Source: an uncultured Dehalococcoidales bacterium
Lineage (GTDB): Bacteria > Chloroflexota > Dehalococcoidia > GIF9 > AB-539-J10
DNA length: 39,815 nt
Direction: 5' to 3'
NCBI GenBank assembly: GCA_964557995.1
Contig: CAZLCQ010000001.1
Location: 1-39,815 of the forward strand
The position numbers were made by a program, and so were the translations under genes. Below the pieces are notes generated by a model that saw only the letters and a list, made by a program, of their open reading frames with translations, did not search any database and had not been told where the DNA came from. Shown one piece after another: positions 8,762 to 18,908 of this stretch. The stretch's first letter is position 1; each line of letters starts with the position of its first letter.

Positions 8762-9694
8762 ATGGCGGATTATGCCTTTTTCCAGAAGCAATTCATGCCA
8801 CTATCCGAAGCCAAGATCGGAGTCCTGACCCATGCCCTCCACTACGGCACCGCTTGCTTTGAAGGCATTCGCGGTAACTGGGATGACAAGCAGAGGAGAT
8901 TTTGCCTTTTCAGGATCCAGGACCACTATAAGCGAATGCTTGACGGCTGCCGTATCCTGAAGATGAATCTTCCCTACTCCGTTAATAAGCTCTGCCATTT
9001 AACCGCGGAGCTTGTGGAGAGAAGCGGCTATCAGGAAGACGTGTATATCCGCCCCCTGGCTTACAAGAGCTCCGAGGCTGTAGGGGTCCGTCTGCACAAC
9101 CTGGACGATGATTTCCTCGTTATCGTGACCACGCTCCCACCTTACCTGGATGTCGAAAATGGCGTTCGTTGCTGCACTTCATCTTGGCGTCGGGTTGATG
9201 ATACCATGATTCCGCCACGGGGCAAGATCTGTGGCATCTATGTGAACAGCGCACTGGCTAAGACGGAAGCCTGCGAAAACGGCTTTGATGAAGCAATATT
9301 GCTGACTCAGGACGGACATGTCTCGGAGGGCAGCGGCGAGAATATCTTTCTCGTGTTAGGGGGTAAACTGACAACTCCACCCTCCTCCGATAACATCCTC
9401 ATGGGCATCACCAGGGACACGGTCATTAAATTGGCCAGAAATGAGTTGGGGATAGATACCATTGAGCGGCAGGTTGACAGAAGCGAACTTTATGTGGCTG
9501 AGGAATGCTTCTTCACCGGGACAGCAGCCAACGTGGCACCCGTATTGGAAATCGACCGCCGTACGATAGGCACCGGGAAGATCGGCAAAGTGACTGCCAA
9601 ACTACAAAAGCTCTTTGCCGAAGTGATGGTGGGAAGGAATGCCAAATACCGTGAGTGGTATTGCCTGGTTTCCACTAGAGCAGGGAAGGCATAA
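8762..9694 (+). CDS. ilvE: branched-chain amino acid aminotransferase (fold type IV)
   Basis: 310 aa. The CFEGIRG, YIRPL and GENIF..G.L.TP blocks are typical of IlvE. Confidence 0.85.
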   Translation: MADYAFFQKQFMPLSEAKIGVLTHALHYGTACFEGIRGNWDDKQRRFCLFRIQDHYKRMLDGCRILKMNLPYSVNKLCHLTAELVERSGYQEDVYIRPLAYKSSEAVGVRLHNLDDDFLVIVTTLPPYLDVENGVRCCTSSWRRVDDTMIPPRGKICGIYVNSALAKTEACENGFDEAILLTQDGHVSEGSGENIFLVLGGKLTTPPSSDNILMGITRDTVIKLARNELGIDTIERQVDRSELYVAEECFFTGTAANVAPVLEIDRRTIGTGKIGKVTAKLQKLFAEVMVGRNAKYREWYCLVSTRAGKA

Positions 9695-9703
9695 AGGGAT
9701 TTC

Positions 9704-10276
9704 TCAAACGGGAGCCGCCCCGGGATTTACTTGCAGGGCCTTGAGCAAATAAAGCAGACGGCAACTCTGCTCCAAGACAACAGTATAGTAGTAGGCTTCC
9801 TCTAACAGCTGGCTGGCAGCAAAAGTCCCATGCCCTCGCACCAAAACCACCCTGTGCTCTCTCAGCAACTTGGCCATTTTATCGGCAAGTTCGACCGCCT
9901 TCCCTCCCGACCCTGTACATAATACAGGCACCCTGGATAACAGGGCCCGTCCTTCTATATCGGGGGGCACAATCTCCTTCTCTGTGAACGATAATGCCAC
10001 AGAGTAAGGAGGATGCGCATGTACTACCGCCAATGCCGGGGTGTTCTTGTAGATGCAGCGATGAACCTCCAGCTCCGTAGAAGCCAGGGGTGTGACCCGA
10101 TTATTCTTGCTTATCCCCGTCTCCACCAGGTCCCCCTCTTGAATGTAACCCAGGGCACTGCCTCGATGGGTAATAACGAGACGTTCCCCAAGTTTGACGC
10201 TGAGGTTACCTCCCTGGGGAGAAACCAAACCTTGAGTGAAAAGAGCTTGCCCTACTACTTGGAATTGAGACAGCAC
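9704..10276 (-). CDS. class II aldolase/adducin-domain protein
   Basis: 190 aa. GGNLSVKLGERLVITHRGS and the AVVHAHPPY metal-binding His block are typical of FucA/MtnB-like class II aldolases. GTG start with no clear SD. Confidence 0.7.
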   Translation of the reverse strand: MLSQFQVVGQALFTQGLVSPQGGNLSVKLGERLVITHRGSALGYIQEGDLVETGISKNNRVTPLASTELEVHRCIYKNTPALAVVHAHPPYSVALSFTEKEIVPPDIEGRALLSRVPVLCTGSGGKAVELADKMAKLLREHRVVLVRGHGTFAASQLLEEAYYYTVVLEQSCRLLYLLKALQVNPGAAPV

Positions 10277-10487
10277 CGCATTAACCCGAAATCGAATACC
10301 AGAAGATTGAGACTACGACTCAAAGGCGAAAAGGGGCTGAACTTTTGCTTGAATCCTCCTTCGTCTTTTGCATTCTTGTCGTTGCTTCTTGTATTTCATA
10401 GCTCGCGATATGCAGGGCATTATGGAGTTGACAGTTCACTCCTGCTCTGGCAAAAAAGCGACTCAACTGTCATGGCTCGGCAGACAA

Positions 10488-10745
10488 CTATTTCTTATTC
10501 AGCTTCCTGATCAAGCCAGACTTGAGTCTGGCACCTTTGTTTCTATGAATAATTCCTTTGCTTACTGCCTTATCTACATTACTTACGGCCAGCATCACCT
10601 TCTGCTTTGCCGATTCTTCCCCGGCATCGGCTGAACTTCTGGCCTTAACTATGCCCGTTTTGACACTGCGACGCACCAAGCGGTTCCGCAACCGCTTTCT
10701 CTCTGCTGTTCTGGCCACCTTGTTACCTTGTTTACTAGCTGACAC
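10488..10745 (-). CDS. rpsT: 30S ribosomal protein S20
   Basis: 85 aa, basic. ARTAERKRLRNRLVRRSVKT...IHRNKGARLKSGL is S20-like. The GTG start has GGGGGA upstream and overlaps the relA/spoT stop by 11 nt. Confidence 0.85.
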   Translation of the reverse strand: MSASKQGNKVARTAERKRLRNRLVRRSVKTGIVKARSSADAGEESAKQKVMLAVSNVDKAVSKGIIHRNKGARLKSGLIRKLNKK

Positions 10746-12885
10746 GTATTTCCCCCTTTCTTGTTACGCTCGCTACGTTCCACACCGAGTGGATTCTAGA
10801 CATTATTTTGCTCGCCTGGGCAGCATTCTTCACCTCCAAGGTAAAATGCAGTGTGACGCTATCATCACGGTGATTGTCCATGTTTACCTCGGTGAGGTTC
10901 ACCCCTTCCTCGGCTATAATAGCACTAATATCCCGAACAAGGCCAACCCGGTCCCAAGCATCCACCTGAATCGTCACGGGGTAGACTTGCGCCACGGCAC
11001 CCCACTCCACCTTCACCAACCTCTCTTTTTCGTCCTCGTGGACAATGTTGGGGCAATCTCTGCGGTGGACAGTGATACCTCGACCCTGAGTAATGTACCC
11101 AATAATCTTATCCCCGGGCAAGGGATGACAGCAATTAGCCAAACGTGTAAGCAAGTCACCTACGCCCAAGACGTTAATGCTGACAGGACTGATCTTCCGT
11201 GGAGGCACAACTTCAGGCCCTTCTTCGGTAGGCTCCAATGCCCCGCTCAGTCTAAGCATTATCTGAGAAGCATTGATACTGCCACTGCCTAGGGCAGCAA
11301 AAAGGTCATCTGCACTGTCATAGTCAAGCAGGCGCGCCATCTTGTCGACACCAGGCAAATCGACGCCCAACTTCTTGACCTCTTTGTCCCAGATCTGTTT
11401 GCCAGTTTCAATACTTTGACTTCGTTCCTGTTTAGCAAACCACTGCCGTATCTTGGTTCGTGCGTGAGATGTCTTAATGTAGCCCAACTCAGGATTAAGC
11501 CAGTCCAGGCTCGGCCCTTTGTCCACTTTACTGGCCATGATCTCCACCACATCGCCGTTCTTAAGAGCATAGTTCAAGGGCTGCAGCCTGCCATTCACCT
11601 TTGCACCAATACATCTGTAACCCAAATCCGTATGAATTCGAAACGCAAAATCCAGGGGAGTAGCGCCCCTAGGCAACTCCTTTATCTCTCCTTTTGGAGT
11701 GTAGACAAACACGCGGTCGACAAGAACATCTGTTTTGACAGATTCCAGAAACTCTTCACTATCAAGCTCTTCCCTCCAATCACCAAGCTGTCGCAGCCAA
11801 GCTATCTCATCACTTAGTTTCTCTCCTGCCTTCCCTTCCTTGTAAAGCCAGTGAGCGGCCACCCCGTATTCGTTGATTCGGTGCATATCGTAGGTTCGGA
11901 TCTGTATCTCCAATGGCGTCGTACCCTGGCACATCACTGTAGTATGCAGAGCTTTGTAGCCATTATCCTTGGGATTAGCAATGAAATCGTTGAACTCCTC
12001 AGGTATAGGACGCCAAAGAGTATGGATCACACCTAGCGCCTTATAGCAATCTGAAACCGAGTCCACCAACAAACGTAAAGCAGAAAGGTCATGGATATCC
12101 CCGAAATTCTTGCCCTGTGCATCATATTTGCTGATCTTCTGATATATGCTGTAGATATGCTTCGGCCGCCCATACACTTTGGCTTCTATGCCCGCCTTAT
12201 CTAGCTCCTGGCTTAGGATCCGGCTAGCTTCGTTCACGAAGCCTTCTCTCTCAGCTCGTTTCCCAGCCAGCAGGCGGGCAATCTGATGATAATCACGTGG
12301 TTTTAGATAACGAAAGGCCAAATCCTCTAATTGCCATTTCACCTCCCTCATGCCCAGACGGTGCGCCAAGGGAGCATATATTTCCAGAGTCTCTTGCGCA
12401 ATGGCCCGGCGTTTCTCCGCCGGTAAGGCCCCCAGTGTCCGCATATTATGCAGCCTATCTGCCAGTTTTATAAGAACCACCCTCAGGTCTTCAGCTGTGG
12501 CCAGGAGCATTTTGCGCAAGTTCTCCGCCTGACCCTTCGATCTTGCTTCTCCCGCTCGAGCTCTATTGGCGAGTTTGTTCAGCTTAGTGACTCCATCAAC
12601 CAGTTTGACTACCGGCAAATCAAATTTGGCTCCTATCTCTTCCAGAGATATTCCACAGTCCTCGGGGACATCGTGCAACAAGGCAGCAGCTAACGTTTCA
12701 GCATCGAGGTATAGCTCAGCTAAAATCATAGCTGCATTCAAAGGATGCTCCAAATAAGGCCCTCCTGTCCTGCGCACTTGTCCCCGGTGAGCCTTGGCAG
12801 CAAATTCGTAGGCCTTCTTGACCAGAGCTATCTTATCCTCAGGCAGATAGCTACTGGCCAATTCTATGAGTTTCTTGTCGTTCAT
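10735..12885 (-). CDS. relA: bifunctional (p)ppGpp synthetase/hydrolase (RelA/SpoT homologue)
   Basis: 716 aa. HD hydrolase block (HRGQVRRTGGPYLEHPL, LLHDVPED), RelA/SpoT synthetase block, and TGS and C-terminal ACT-like regions. Confidence 0.95.
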   Translation of the reverse strand: MNDKKLIELASSYLPEDKIALVKKAYEFAAKAHRGQVRRTGGPYLEHPLNAAMILAELYLDAETLAAALLHDVPEDCGISLEEIGAKFDLPVVKLVDGVTKLNKLANRARAGEARSKGQAENLRKMLLATAEDLRVVLIKLADRLHNMRTLGALPAEKRRAIAQETLEIYAPLAHRLGMREVKWQLEDLAFRYLKPRDYHQIARLLAGKRAEREGFVNEASRILSQELDKAGIEAKVYGRPKHIYSIYQKISKYDAQGKNFGDIHDLSALRLLVDSVSDCYKALGVIHTLWRPIPEEFNDFIANPKDNGYKALHTTVMCQGTTPLEIQIRTYDMHRINEYGVAAHWLYKEGKAGEKLSDEIAWLRQLGDWREELDSEEFLESVKTDVLVDRVFVYTPKGEIKELPRGATPLDFAFRIHTDLGYRCIGAKVNGRLQPLNYALKNGDVVEIMASKVDKGPSLDWLNPELGYIKTSHARTKIRQWFAKQERSQSIETGKQIWDKEVKKLGVDLPGVDKMARLLDYDSADDLFAALGSGSINASQIMLRLSGALEPTEEGPEVVPPRKISPVSINVLGVGDLLTRLANCCHPLPGDKIIGYITQGRGITVHRRDCPNIVHEDEKERLVKVEWGAVAQVYPVTIQVDAWDRVGLVRDISAIIAEEGVNLTEVNMDNHRDDSVTLHFTLEVKNAAQASKIMSRIHSVWNVASVTRKGEIRVS

Positions 12886-12965
12886 CTAATTCATAATACT
12901 CAAATAGCGAACCTAACGCAAACAAGTGAATATGGTAAACTAGGGAATAGAGAAGGAGTATATCG

Positions 12966-14225
12966 GTGCACAAAGCACCTCGTGGGACATTCGACATCCT
13001 GCCAGAAGAGCATGCCTACTGGAAGTACGTAGAAGAGAAGGCTGCTTCATTATGCCGGCTCTATGGTTACCAGCCACTGAGCACACCAATATTCGAAGAT
13101 GCTCAGATCTTCACCAAAACTGTGGCTGGGGGGACAGATATCGTCGACAAGGAAATGTATATCTTTGCAGACAAGAGCGGGCAAGAATTGGCGCTGAGGG
13201 CCGAGGGGACAGCCCCGGTCTGCCGGGCCTATCTCGAGCACGGGTTATTCAACTCACCTCAACCCGTGAAGCTTTACTACATCGGACCAGCGTTCAGATA
13301 TGAGCGCCCCCAGTCAGGGAGATATCGCCAGCATCACCAATTCGGCTTTGAGGCTTTGGGCGAGGCCGACCCTGCCCTTGATGCTGAAGTAATTGAAATG
13401 GCCAGTCACTTCTTTCATTCACTGGGATTATCTCAGTTCATTATTCAACTCAACAGCATTGGCTGCAAGGTTTGTCGCCCCGGATATTTAGAAGTACTGA
13501 AACAGCATTATTCAGACTACATAGACCGCCTCTGCCCTGACTGCAAAATCAGGCTGGTCAAGAATCCGCTACGCCTGCTCGACTGCAAGAAGACCCCTTG
13601 CCAGGAAGTAGCTGAAACCGCACCACAAATTACCGATTATCTCTGCCGTGAATGCCAGCTCCACTTCCAAAGTGTCCGAACATATTTGGGCGTAGTGGGC
13701 ATTCCCTTTCGATTGAACCCCAGATTGGTCCGTGGGTTGGACTATTACACCAGGACAGTGTTCGAGGTTGAACCTCGAGCCAATGGAGGCCAAAGCGCCC
13801 TTGGCGGAGGTGGTCGTTATGATAACCTCATAGAGGAACTAGGAGGGAAATCTACTCCAGCGGTGGGCTTTGCAACCGGGCTGGAAAGAATAATATTGAA
13901 TCTGAAGAAACAGAAGCTGGACATTCCACCGTTGCCCAGACCTGCTGTTTTCATCGCCTACTTGTCAGGAGAAGCCAAGACCGAGGCGCTCAAGCTTGCC
14001 TCGGAGCTACGTGAAGCTGGCATTGCCCTTATCATGGCTACGGGTGACAAGAGCCTGAAGGGGCAGATGAGGCAAGCTGATTCCTTGGGTACTGCCTACG
14101 CCCTCATCCTCGGGCAACAGGAGATCAGTCAGCGCAACGTGGTGTGGCGCGACATGAGAAGTGGCGAACAGAAAACTATCTCCTTAGCTGAAATAGCCAG
14201 ATTGCTCGAGCAGCTCAGAATATGA
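12966..14225 (+). CDS. hisS: histidine--tRNA ligase
   Basis: 419 aa. APRGTFDILP N-terminus, class II aaRS motifs (YYIGPAFRYERPQSGRYRQHHQ, GGGGRYD). GAAGGAG lies upstream of the GTG start. Confidence 0.95.
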   Translation: MHKAPRGTFDILPEEHAYWKYVEEKAASLCRLYGYQPLSTPIFEDAQIFTKTVAGGTDIVDKEMYIFADKSGQELALRAEGTAPVCRAYLEHGLFNSPQPVKLYYIGPAFRYERPQSGRYRQHHQFGFEALGEADPALDAEVIEMASHFFHSLGLSQFIIQLNSIGCKVCRPGYLEVLKQHYSDYIDRLCPDCKIRLVKNPLRLLDCKKTPCQEVAETAPQITDYLCRECQLHFQSVRTYLGVVGIPFRLNPRLVRGLDYYTRTVFEVEPRANGGQSALGGGGRYDNLIEELGGKSTPAVGFATGLERIILNLKKQKLDIPPLPRPAVFIAYLSGEAKTEALKLASELREAGIALIMATGDKSLKGQMRQADSLGTAYALILGQQEISQRNVVWRDMRSGEQKTISLAEIARLLEQLRI

Positions 14226-14324
14226 TATAATATAGTGTGCTAGTAATCTCACATGGAAACCTAGATCTTTCCCCTAATAGTCTGATTCAGCACTTCAGCA
14301 AATGTACTCGGAAACAAACTACCT

Positions 14325-16247
14325 ATGCCTCAAAATGACGTAAATAACCAGGCAAAGTCGGAATATACTGCCAAAGACATCCAGATCCTAGATGAACTTA
14401 AGGCCGTACGCTTACGCCCGGGCATGTACATTGGCGGCACCGACAAGTACGGACTGCACCAAATCCTGTACGAGATAGTGTACAACAGCATAGACGAAGC
14501 CATGGCCGGCTGCTGCAGCCGAATTGAAATAGAAATACACGAAGATAACAGCGTCACTGTGACTGACAATGGACGAGGTATCCCCACGGAAAGCATCCCG
14601 GGACAAGAGATCACGGCGCTAGAAGCAGTGATGACTCGCCTGCACGCCGGAGCCAAGTTTAGCAATCATGTCTATGGTGTATCCAGTGGTCTCCATGGGG
14701 TTGGCGCTTCAGTGGTAAATGCCCTGTCTTCCTGGCTCAAAGCCGAGGTTAAACGCCAGGGCAAGATCTACTACCAGGAATACAAGGAGGGGGTACCCGA
14801 GCATAGAATACAGATTATTGGCGACACACAGGACACAGGCACTTCGATATCCTACCTGGCTGATAAAGAAATATTCGAGAGCATTGACTACGATTTCGAC
14901 ATGGCCTGCCAGCGCCTGAGGGAACTGGCTTACCTGAACAAAGGAGTAGAAATCGCTATCAAAGACGAGAGAGCCGATCAAGAAAAAGCGTTCTACTTCG
15001 ATGGGGGAATAGCTAGTTACATTCGCCGCCTCAACAAGAATAGAGGTCTTGTTCACCCCTACCCCATCTACACCTCCACCATGACAGATAGCACCGTAAT
15101 CGAAGTAGCTCTGCAATATAATGATAGCTTCACCGAGTCCACTCTCTCTTTCGCTAACTGTGTGAATACTCGAGACGGAGGCAGCCACCTTACCGGCTTC
15201 CGCTCAGCACTGACTCGAGTTCTTAACGATTATGCCCGGAATTCGAAGTTTTTGAAGGATGCTGACCCCAACCTAACCGGGGAAGACGTGCGCGAAGGGG
15301 CAATAGCTATCATCAGTGTAAAACTGCCGCAGCCCCAATTTGAGGGACAAACCAAGGCCAGGCTCGGCAACCCCGAGGTAAAAAGCCATGTTGAATCTGC
15401 TGTGGCCAGCAGCCTGTCCCTTTACCTGGAGCAACACCCCAACGAGGCTAAGGCAATCATAGAGAAGTGCCTCACCGCTGCCAGAGCCAGAGAGGCAGCT
15501 CGCAAAGCCCGCGACCTCGTTCTGAAGAAGACTGGATTCGAAACATCAACGCTGCCCGGGAAATTAGCCGATTGCTCCGACAAAGAGCCAGCAAAATGTG
15601 AGATCTACCTGGTTGAAGGTGACTCAGCAGGCGGCTCAGCTAAGCAAGGGCGAGACCGCCGCTTTCAGGCTATTCTCCCTCTTAGAGGCAAAATACTAAA
15701 CGTAGAGAAAGCTGCCAAAGACAAGATTCTGGAACATGCAGAGTTACGGGCCATAGTCACAGCGCTCAAAGCAAGTGCTGACGAACAATTTGATAGCTCT
15801 AAACTTCGCTACCACCGAATAATCATCATGACCGATGCTGACGTTGACGGCTCGCACATCCGCACTCTGCTGCTCACTTTCTTCTACCGCCATATGACCG
15901 AGCTAGTCAACCAGGGCTACCTCTACATCGCCCAACCACCGCTTTACCGACTCAAATCCGGTAAACAGGAGTTCTGGCTTTACTCTGATCAGGAAAAAGA
16001 GGAGAAACTCAAAGGACTGAAAGCGGACAAAGCAGAGATTCAAAGATATAAAGGGCTGGGAGAGATGACGCCTCAGCAACTATGGGAGACAACCATGGAT
16101 CCTGCTACCAGAACCCTCCTCAGAGTACAGGCAGAAGACGCCATAGCCGCAGACGCGGCTTTCCGTATGCTCATGGGCGATGAGGTTTTGCCTCGCAAGA
16201 GATTCATCCAGGCCCACGCTCAAAGCGTCAGAAACCTTGATGTTTAG
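14325..16247 (+). CDS. gyrB: DNA gyrase subunit B
   Basis: 640 aa. GHKL ATPase (LEAVRLRPGMYIGGT, DNGRGIP), Toprim (EIYLVEGDSAGGSAKQGRDR, PLRGKILNVEKA) and the IMTDADVDGSHI block. Confidence 0.97.
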   Translation: MPQNDVNNQAKSEYTAKDIQILDELKAVRLRPGMYIGGTDKYGLHQILYEIVYNSIDEAMAGCCSRIEIEIHEDNSVTVTDNGRGIPTESIPGQEITALEAVMTRLHAGAKFSNHVYGVSSGLHGVGASVVNALSSWLKAEVKRQGKIYYQEYKEGVPEHRIQIIGDTQDTGTSISYLADKEIFESIDYDFDMACQRLRELAYLNKGVEIAIKDERADQEKAFYFDGGIASYIRRLNKNRGLVHPYPIYTSTMTDSTVIEVALQYNDSFTESTLSFANCVNTRDGGSHLTGFRSALTRVLNDYARNSKFLKDADPNLTGEDVREGAIAIISVKLPQPQFEGQTKARLGNPEVKSHVESAVASSLSLYLEQHPNEAKAIIEKCLTAARAREAARKARDLVLKKTGFETSTLPGKLADCSDKEPAKCEIYLVEGDSAGGSAKQGRDRRFQAILPLRGKILNVEKAAKDKILEHAELRAIVTALKASADEQFDSSKLRYHRIIIMTDADVDGSHIRTLLLTFFYRHMTELVNQGYLYIAQPPLYRLKSGKQEFWLYSDQEKEEKLKGLKADKAEIQRYKGLGEMTPQQLWETTMDPATRTLLRVQAEDAIAADAAFRMLMGDEVLPRKRFIQAHAQSVRNLDV

Positions 16248-16249
16248 CC

Positions 16250-16267
16250 GTCCGGCTTCCCCCGGAC
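16250..16267 (+). terminator. GC hairpin just after the gyrB stop (no T-tract)
   Basis: GTCCGG-cttccc-CCGGAC begins 3 nt after the TAG. It lacks a U-tract, so its function as an intrinsic terminator is uncertain. Confidence 0.3.
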
Positions 16268-16371
16268 CCAAGTGGGTGTGTGATATGGGGAGAATTCGCC
16301 AGGGAATCCCGACAATGGCAATAAATAATGGGTTGTACGGAATTCTTTCCGCATAGTCATTATTAGAAGCC

Positions 16372-17022
16372 GTGGATGAGCGTCAGATGGCTAACTCGAC
16401 AGGCACACCGTCAACAATCTCAGAATCGATACTTAGTTTGTGCCGCTCGCTATGTGGTTCACAGGAGCCTGCGTATGTAAAGCATAGCCCAGAGTCGTAT
16501 GCTCAGGTTAATGAGTGCTTTCCTGCCGTCGACAGAAAAGTACAGGAATGTGGTGGAAAAGTCCACTATGGATGGCAACTTTGGGAATGGTCCGGTGTCT
16601 TGCTTGAAGCTGAGTTTCACGCGGTTTGGCTCAGCCCAGAAAATGAGCTATTGGACATAACCCCCAAGCCTTTCAAGGTTGAGAAGATACTATTCTTGCC
16701 CGATCCCAGCATGAGAGACGAGGGGAAACAGGTTAACAATATCCGTGTCCCACTTGCTGACAATCCAGTAACGCGGGATTTTATCGGCATATGTGACGCG
16801 ATATTTCGGATTCAGAACAAGGGTGATAAAGCCCATCAGTTTGAAATCTCTCTTGAAGGGTCCGAAGCTCAATTGCATCAGTGGTTACAAGAGACGAAGT
16901 TATTGACGCTTCAGCTGCTCGAATCTGGTCTAAACCGCAACAGTCCCTGCCCATGTAATAGCGGGAAAAAATACAAAGCATGTCACGGTAGGAAACTGGA
17001 GAAAAAGCTTGCTAGAGTCTAA
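16372..17022 (+). CDS. hypothetical protein with C-terminal SEC-C metal-binding motif
   Basis: 216 aa. The C-terminus SPCPCNSGKKYKACHG is a canonical SEC-C (CxC...C.H) motif. I do not recognise the N-terminal ~180 aa. Confidence 0.6.
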   Translation: MDERQMANSTGTPSTISESILSLCRSLCGSQEPAYVKHSPESYAQVNECFPAVDRKVQECGGKVHYGWQLWEWSGVLLEAEFHAVWLSPENELLDITPKPFKVEKILFLPDPSMRDEGKQVNNIRVPLADNPVTRDFIGICDAIFRIQNKGDKAHQFEISLEGSEAQLHQWLQETKLLTLQLLESGLNRNSPCPCNSGKKYKACHGRKLEKKLARV

Positions 17023-17049
17023 TAGTCCTGCTTCTAACAACTCCTTGCA

Positions 17050-17070
17050 GCCGACGCGTAACCGCGCGGC
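17050..17070. terminator. GC-rich hairpin between the convergent SEC-C gene and nadD
   Basis: GCCG-a-CGCG-taac-CGCG-CGGC. It sits symmetrically between two convergent stop codons and has no T-tract on either side. Confidence 0.3.
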
Positions 17071-17086
17071 TGAGCCCGAGCGTTAG

Positions 17087-17692
17087 TTATCTGACAGATG
17101 TCGAATATATCTTTTGTTCGGTTATGTATTTTTCTACCCCAGGGGGCACCAGGTAACGAACGGACAGCCCTCGAGCTATGCGCTGGCGGATTTCTGAAGA
17201 GCTAATCCCGATTACAGGCATATGAAGCTGAATGACCCTCTCCAGTAGTCCGGGTATCGCTTCCTCTAAGTGCCTCAAATCTCTTGAGCCCAGCCTTGGG
17301 GGAACCACCAGTCGGCAGAGTTGAATTACCTTCCGCGGTTCCTTCCACAAAGCCAGTTCGGCCAATGTATCACGCCCAAGGATAAAGAAAAGACTTGTTT
17401 CGCTGCTCAGTTGGTCTTGCAGAGATTCCAGAGTATCCACGGTGCAGGATGGACCGGTGCGATCCACCTCAAGAGTGTTAAGCTTGAAATAGGGATTATC
17501 CGCTATGGCACGATGGACCATCTCCACCCTGTGGACTGCCGGCGTAATATCACGATCTTGCTTGAGCCAGGGCCGCCCGGCAGGCACGAACAGGACTTCG
17601 GCCAGCCCCAGCTTCATCCTTGCTTCTTCAGCGATAATCAGGTGACCTACATGGATAGGGTCAAACGTGCCACCAAGAACCCCTATGTTCAC
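17087..17692 (-). CDS. nadD: nicotinate-nucleotide adenylyltransferase
   Basis: GGTFDPIHVGHL (HxGH) N-terminus and ISSSEIRQR C-proximal motif. Confidence 0.9.
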   Translation of the reverse strand: MNIGVLGGTFDPIHVGHLIIAEEARMKLGLAEVLFVPAGRPWLKQDRDITPAVHRVEMVHRAIADNPYFKLNTLEVDRTGPSCTVDTLESLQDQLSSETSLFFILGRDTLAELALWKEPRKVIQLCRLVVPPRLGSRDLRHLEEAIPGLLERVIQLHMPVIGISSSEIRQRIARGLSVRYLVPPGVEKYITEQKIYSTSVR

Positions 17693-17696
17693 TTCT

Positions 17697-18767
17697 TTAC
17701 TTTCTCGGCTTGGGGCGGAATACCGCTATCTGAGGCCGGGCAATCATTTCCTCTTCCCGGCTCGCCTGCTCCACCATTTCCACGGCTTTCCTGGTCAATT
17801 CTAACACGGCTTCGCCGCTCACTGCAGAGATGAAGAATACGGGCACCCCAACCTTGGCAAAGCATTGTTGCATCGCAGGTAGAGAAGCCTGGACCTCAGG
17901 CAAATCTACCTTGCTTACCGCCACGATTCTCGCCTTGTGCGATAAGTCTTTGTATAGGGCTATCTCTCTGTCCAACGTGCCGAGGTCATCAACAACACTG
18001 GGCGAACTGCCATCCAACAAATAAATCAGCAGCTTGGTCCTCTCCGTATGGCGCAGGAAATCGTTCCCCAATCCCTTACCTGAATGAGCGCCTTCGACAA
18101 GGCCAGGGATTTCGGCAACAACGAAGTCTCTTCTATCGCCTGGCATGACTCCTAGAACCGGTTGGCGGGTGGTAAACGGGTAACCGGCAATTTCGGGTTT
18201 GGCTCTCGATATGACAGATAGTAAAGTGGATTTCCCCGAGTTGGCAGGTCCGACAATACAGATATCTGTGATGAGTTTCACCTCCAGGATAATGTCCCGT
18301 TTCTCTCCTGATTGACCCTTGCCGGCAATCCTAGGAGCTTGATTGACCGCTGTGGCAAAACGCGCATTGCCCAGCCCTCCTCGACCTCCCTTAGCCGCCA
18401 AAGCTCTTTGCCCTGGTGCCCTCAAATCCGCCAGAAGTGTGTCTTCCCCTGATTTAGCCCTAGTGAAAACCATTGTACCCGCAGGCACTGAAATACCCAG
18501 ATCCTTCCCTTTCCTGCCCCGCCTCCGGGAGCGTTCACCTCGATGACCGTCCCCAGCTGCAAAGTCTTCCCTTCGTCTAAGCAAACTCAAGTCAGTCAGG
18601 TTCGGATCGCATATAATAATCACATTCCCACCCTCTCCCCCATCCCCACCATCCGGCCCACCAAAAGGAATATACTTCTCCCTCCGAAAGCTGATGCATC
18701 CATACCCACCACATCCGCCAACAACCCCAATTCCCTTTCTGTATATCATTAGTTGATAACTTACCAT
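17697..18767 (-). CDS. obg: GTPase Obg/CgtA
   Basis: Gly-rich Obg fold (GGCGGYGCISFRREKYIPFGGPDGGDGGEGGNV), then G1 GPANSGKST, G3 DIPG-like EIPGLVEGA and NKVD-like SKVD. There is no C-terminal extension domain. Confidence 0.9.
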   Translation of the reverse strand: MVSYQLMIYRKGIGVVGGCGGYGCISFRREKYIPFGGPDGGDGGEGGNVIIICDPNLTDLSLLRRREDFAAGDGHRGERSRRRGRKGKDLGISVPAGTMVFTRAKSGEDTLLADLRAPGQRALAAKGGRGGLGNARFATAVNQAPRIAGKGQSGEKRDIILEVKLITDICIVGPANSGKSTLLSVISRAKPEIAGYPFTTRQPVLGVMPGDRRDFVVAEIPGLVEGAHSGKGLGNDFLRHTERTKLLIYLLDGSSPSVVDDLGTLDREIALYKDLSHKARIVAVSKVDLPEVQASLPAMQQCFAKVGVPVFFISAVSGEAVLELTRKAVEMVEQASREEEMIARPQIAVFRPKPRK

Positions 18768-18885
18768 ATAGCTAATTAGATTAATAGGTGTATATTAACT
18801 ACTATAAGCGATATCGTTGTATGGGAACTGAAACGGTTGGGGAGACTAGGACTGATGGGGCAAACAGGACAGAATAAGCAACAAT

Positions 18886-18894
18886 CTATCCACA
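18886..18894 (+). promoter_or_regulatory. single DnaA-box-like 9-mer (CTATCCACA)
   Basis: It matches 8 of 9 positions of TTATCCACA. It lies in the 141-nt obg/dnaA spacer next to an AT-rich stretch (18768..18830). I found only one such box. Confidence 0.3.
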
Positions 18895-18908
18895 AATTAT
18901 CACTAGGT

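Noticed and set aside
10277-10487. A strong SD-like GAAGGAGGA (minus strand) about 95 nt upstream of the aldolase GTG start with no ORF behind it, plus small hairpins after rpsT.
   Set aside because: Only a 13-codon frame starting at ATT with zero spacing follows the SD, and no U-tract terminator could be drawn. This is insufficient for a feature call.
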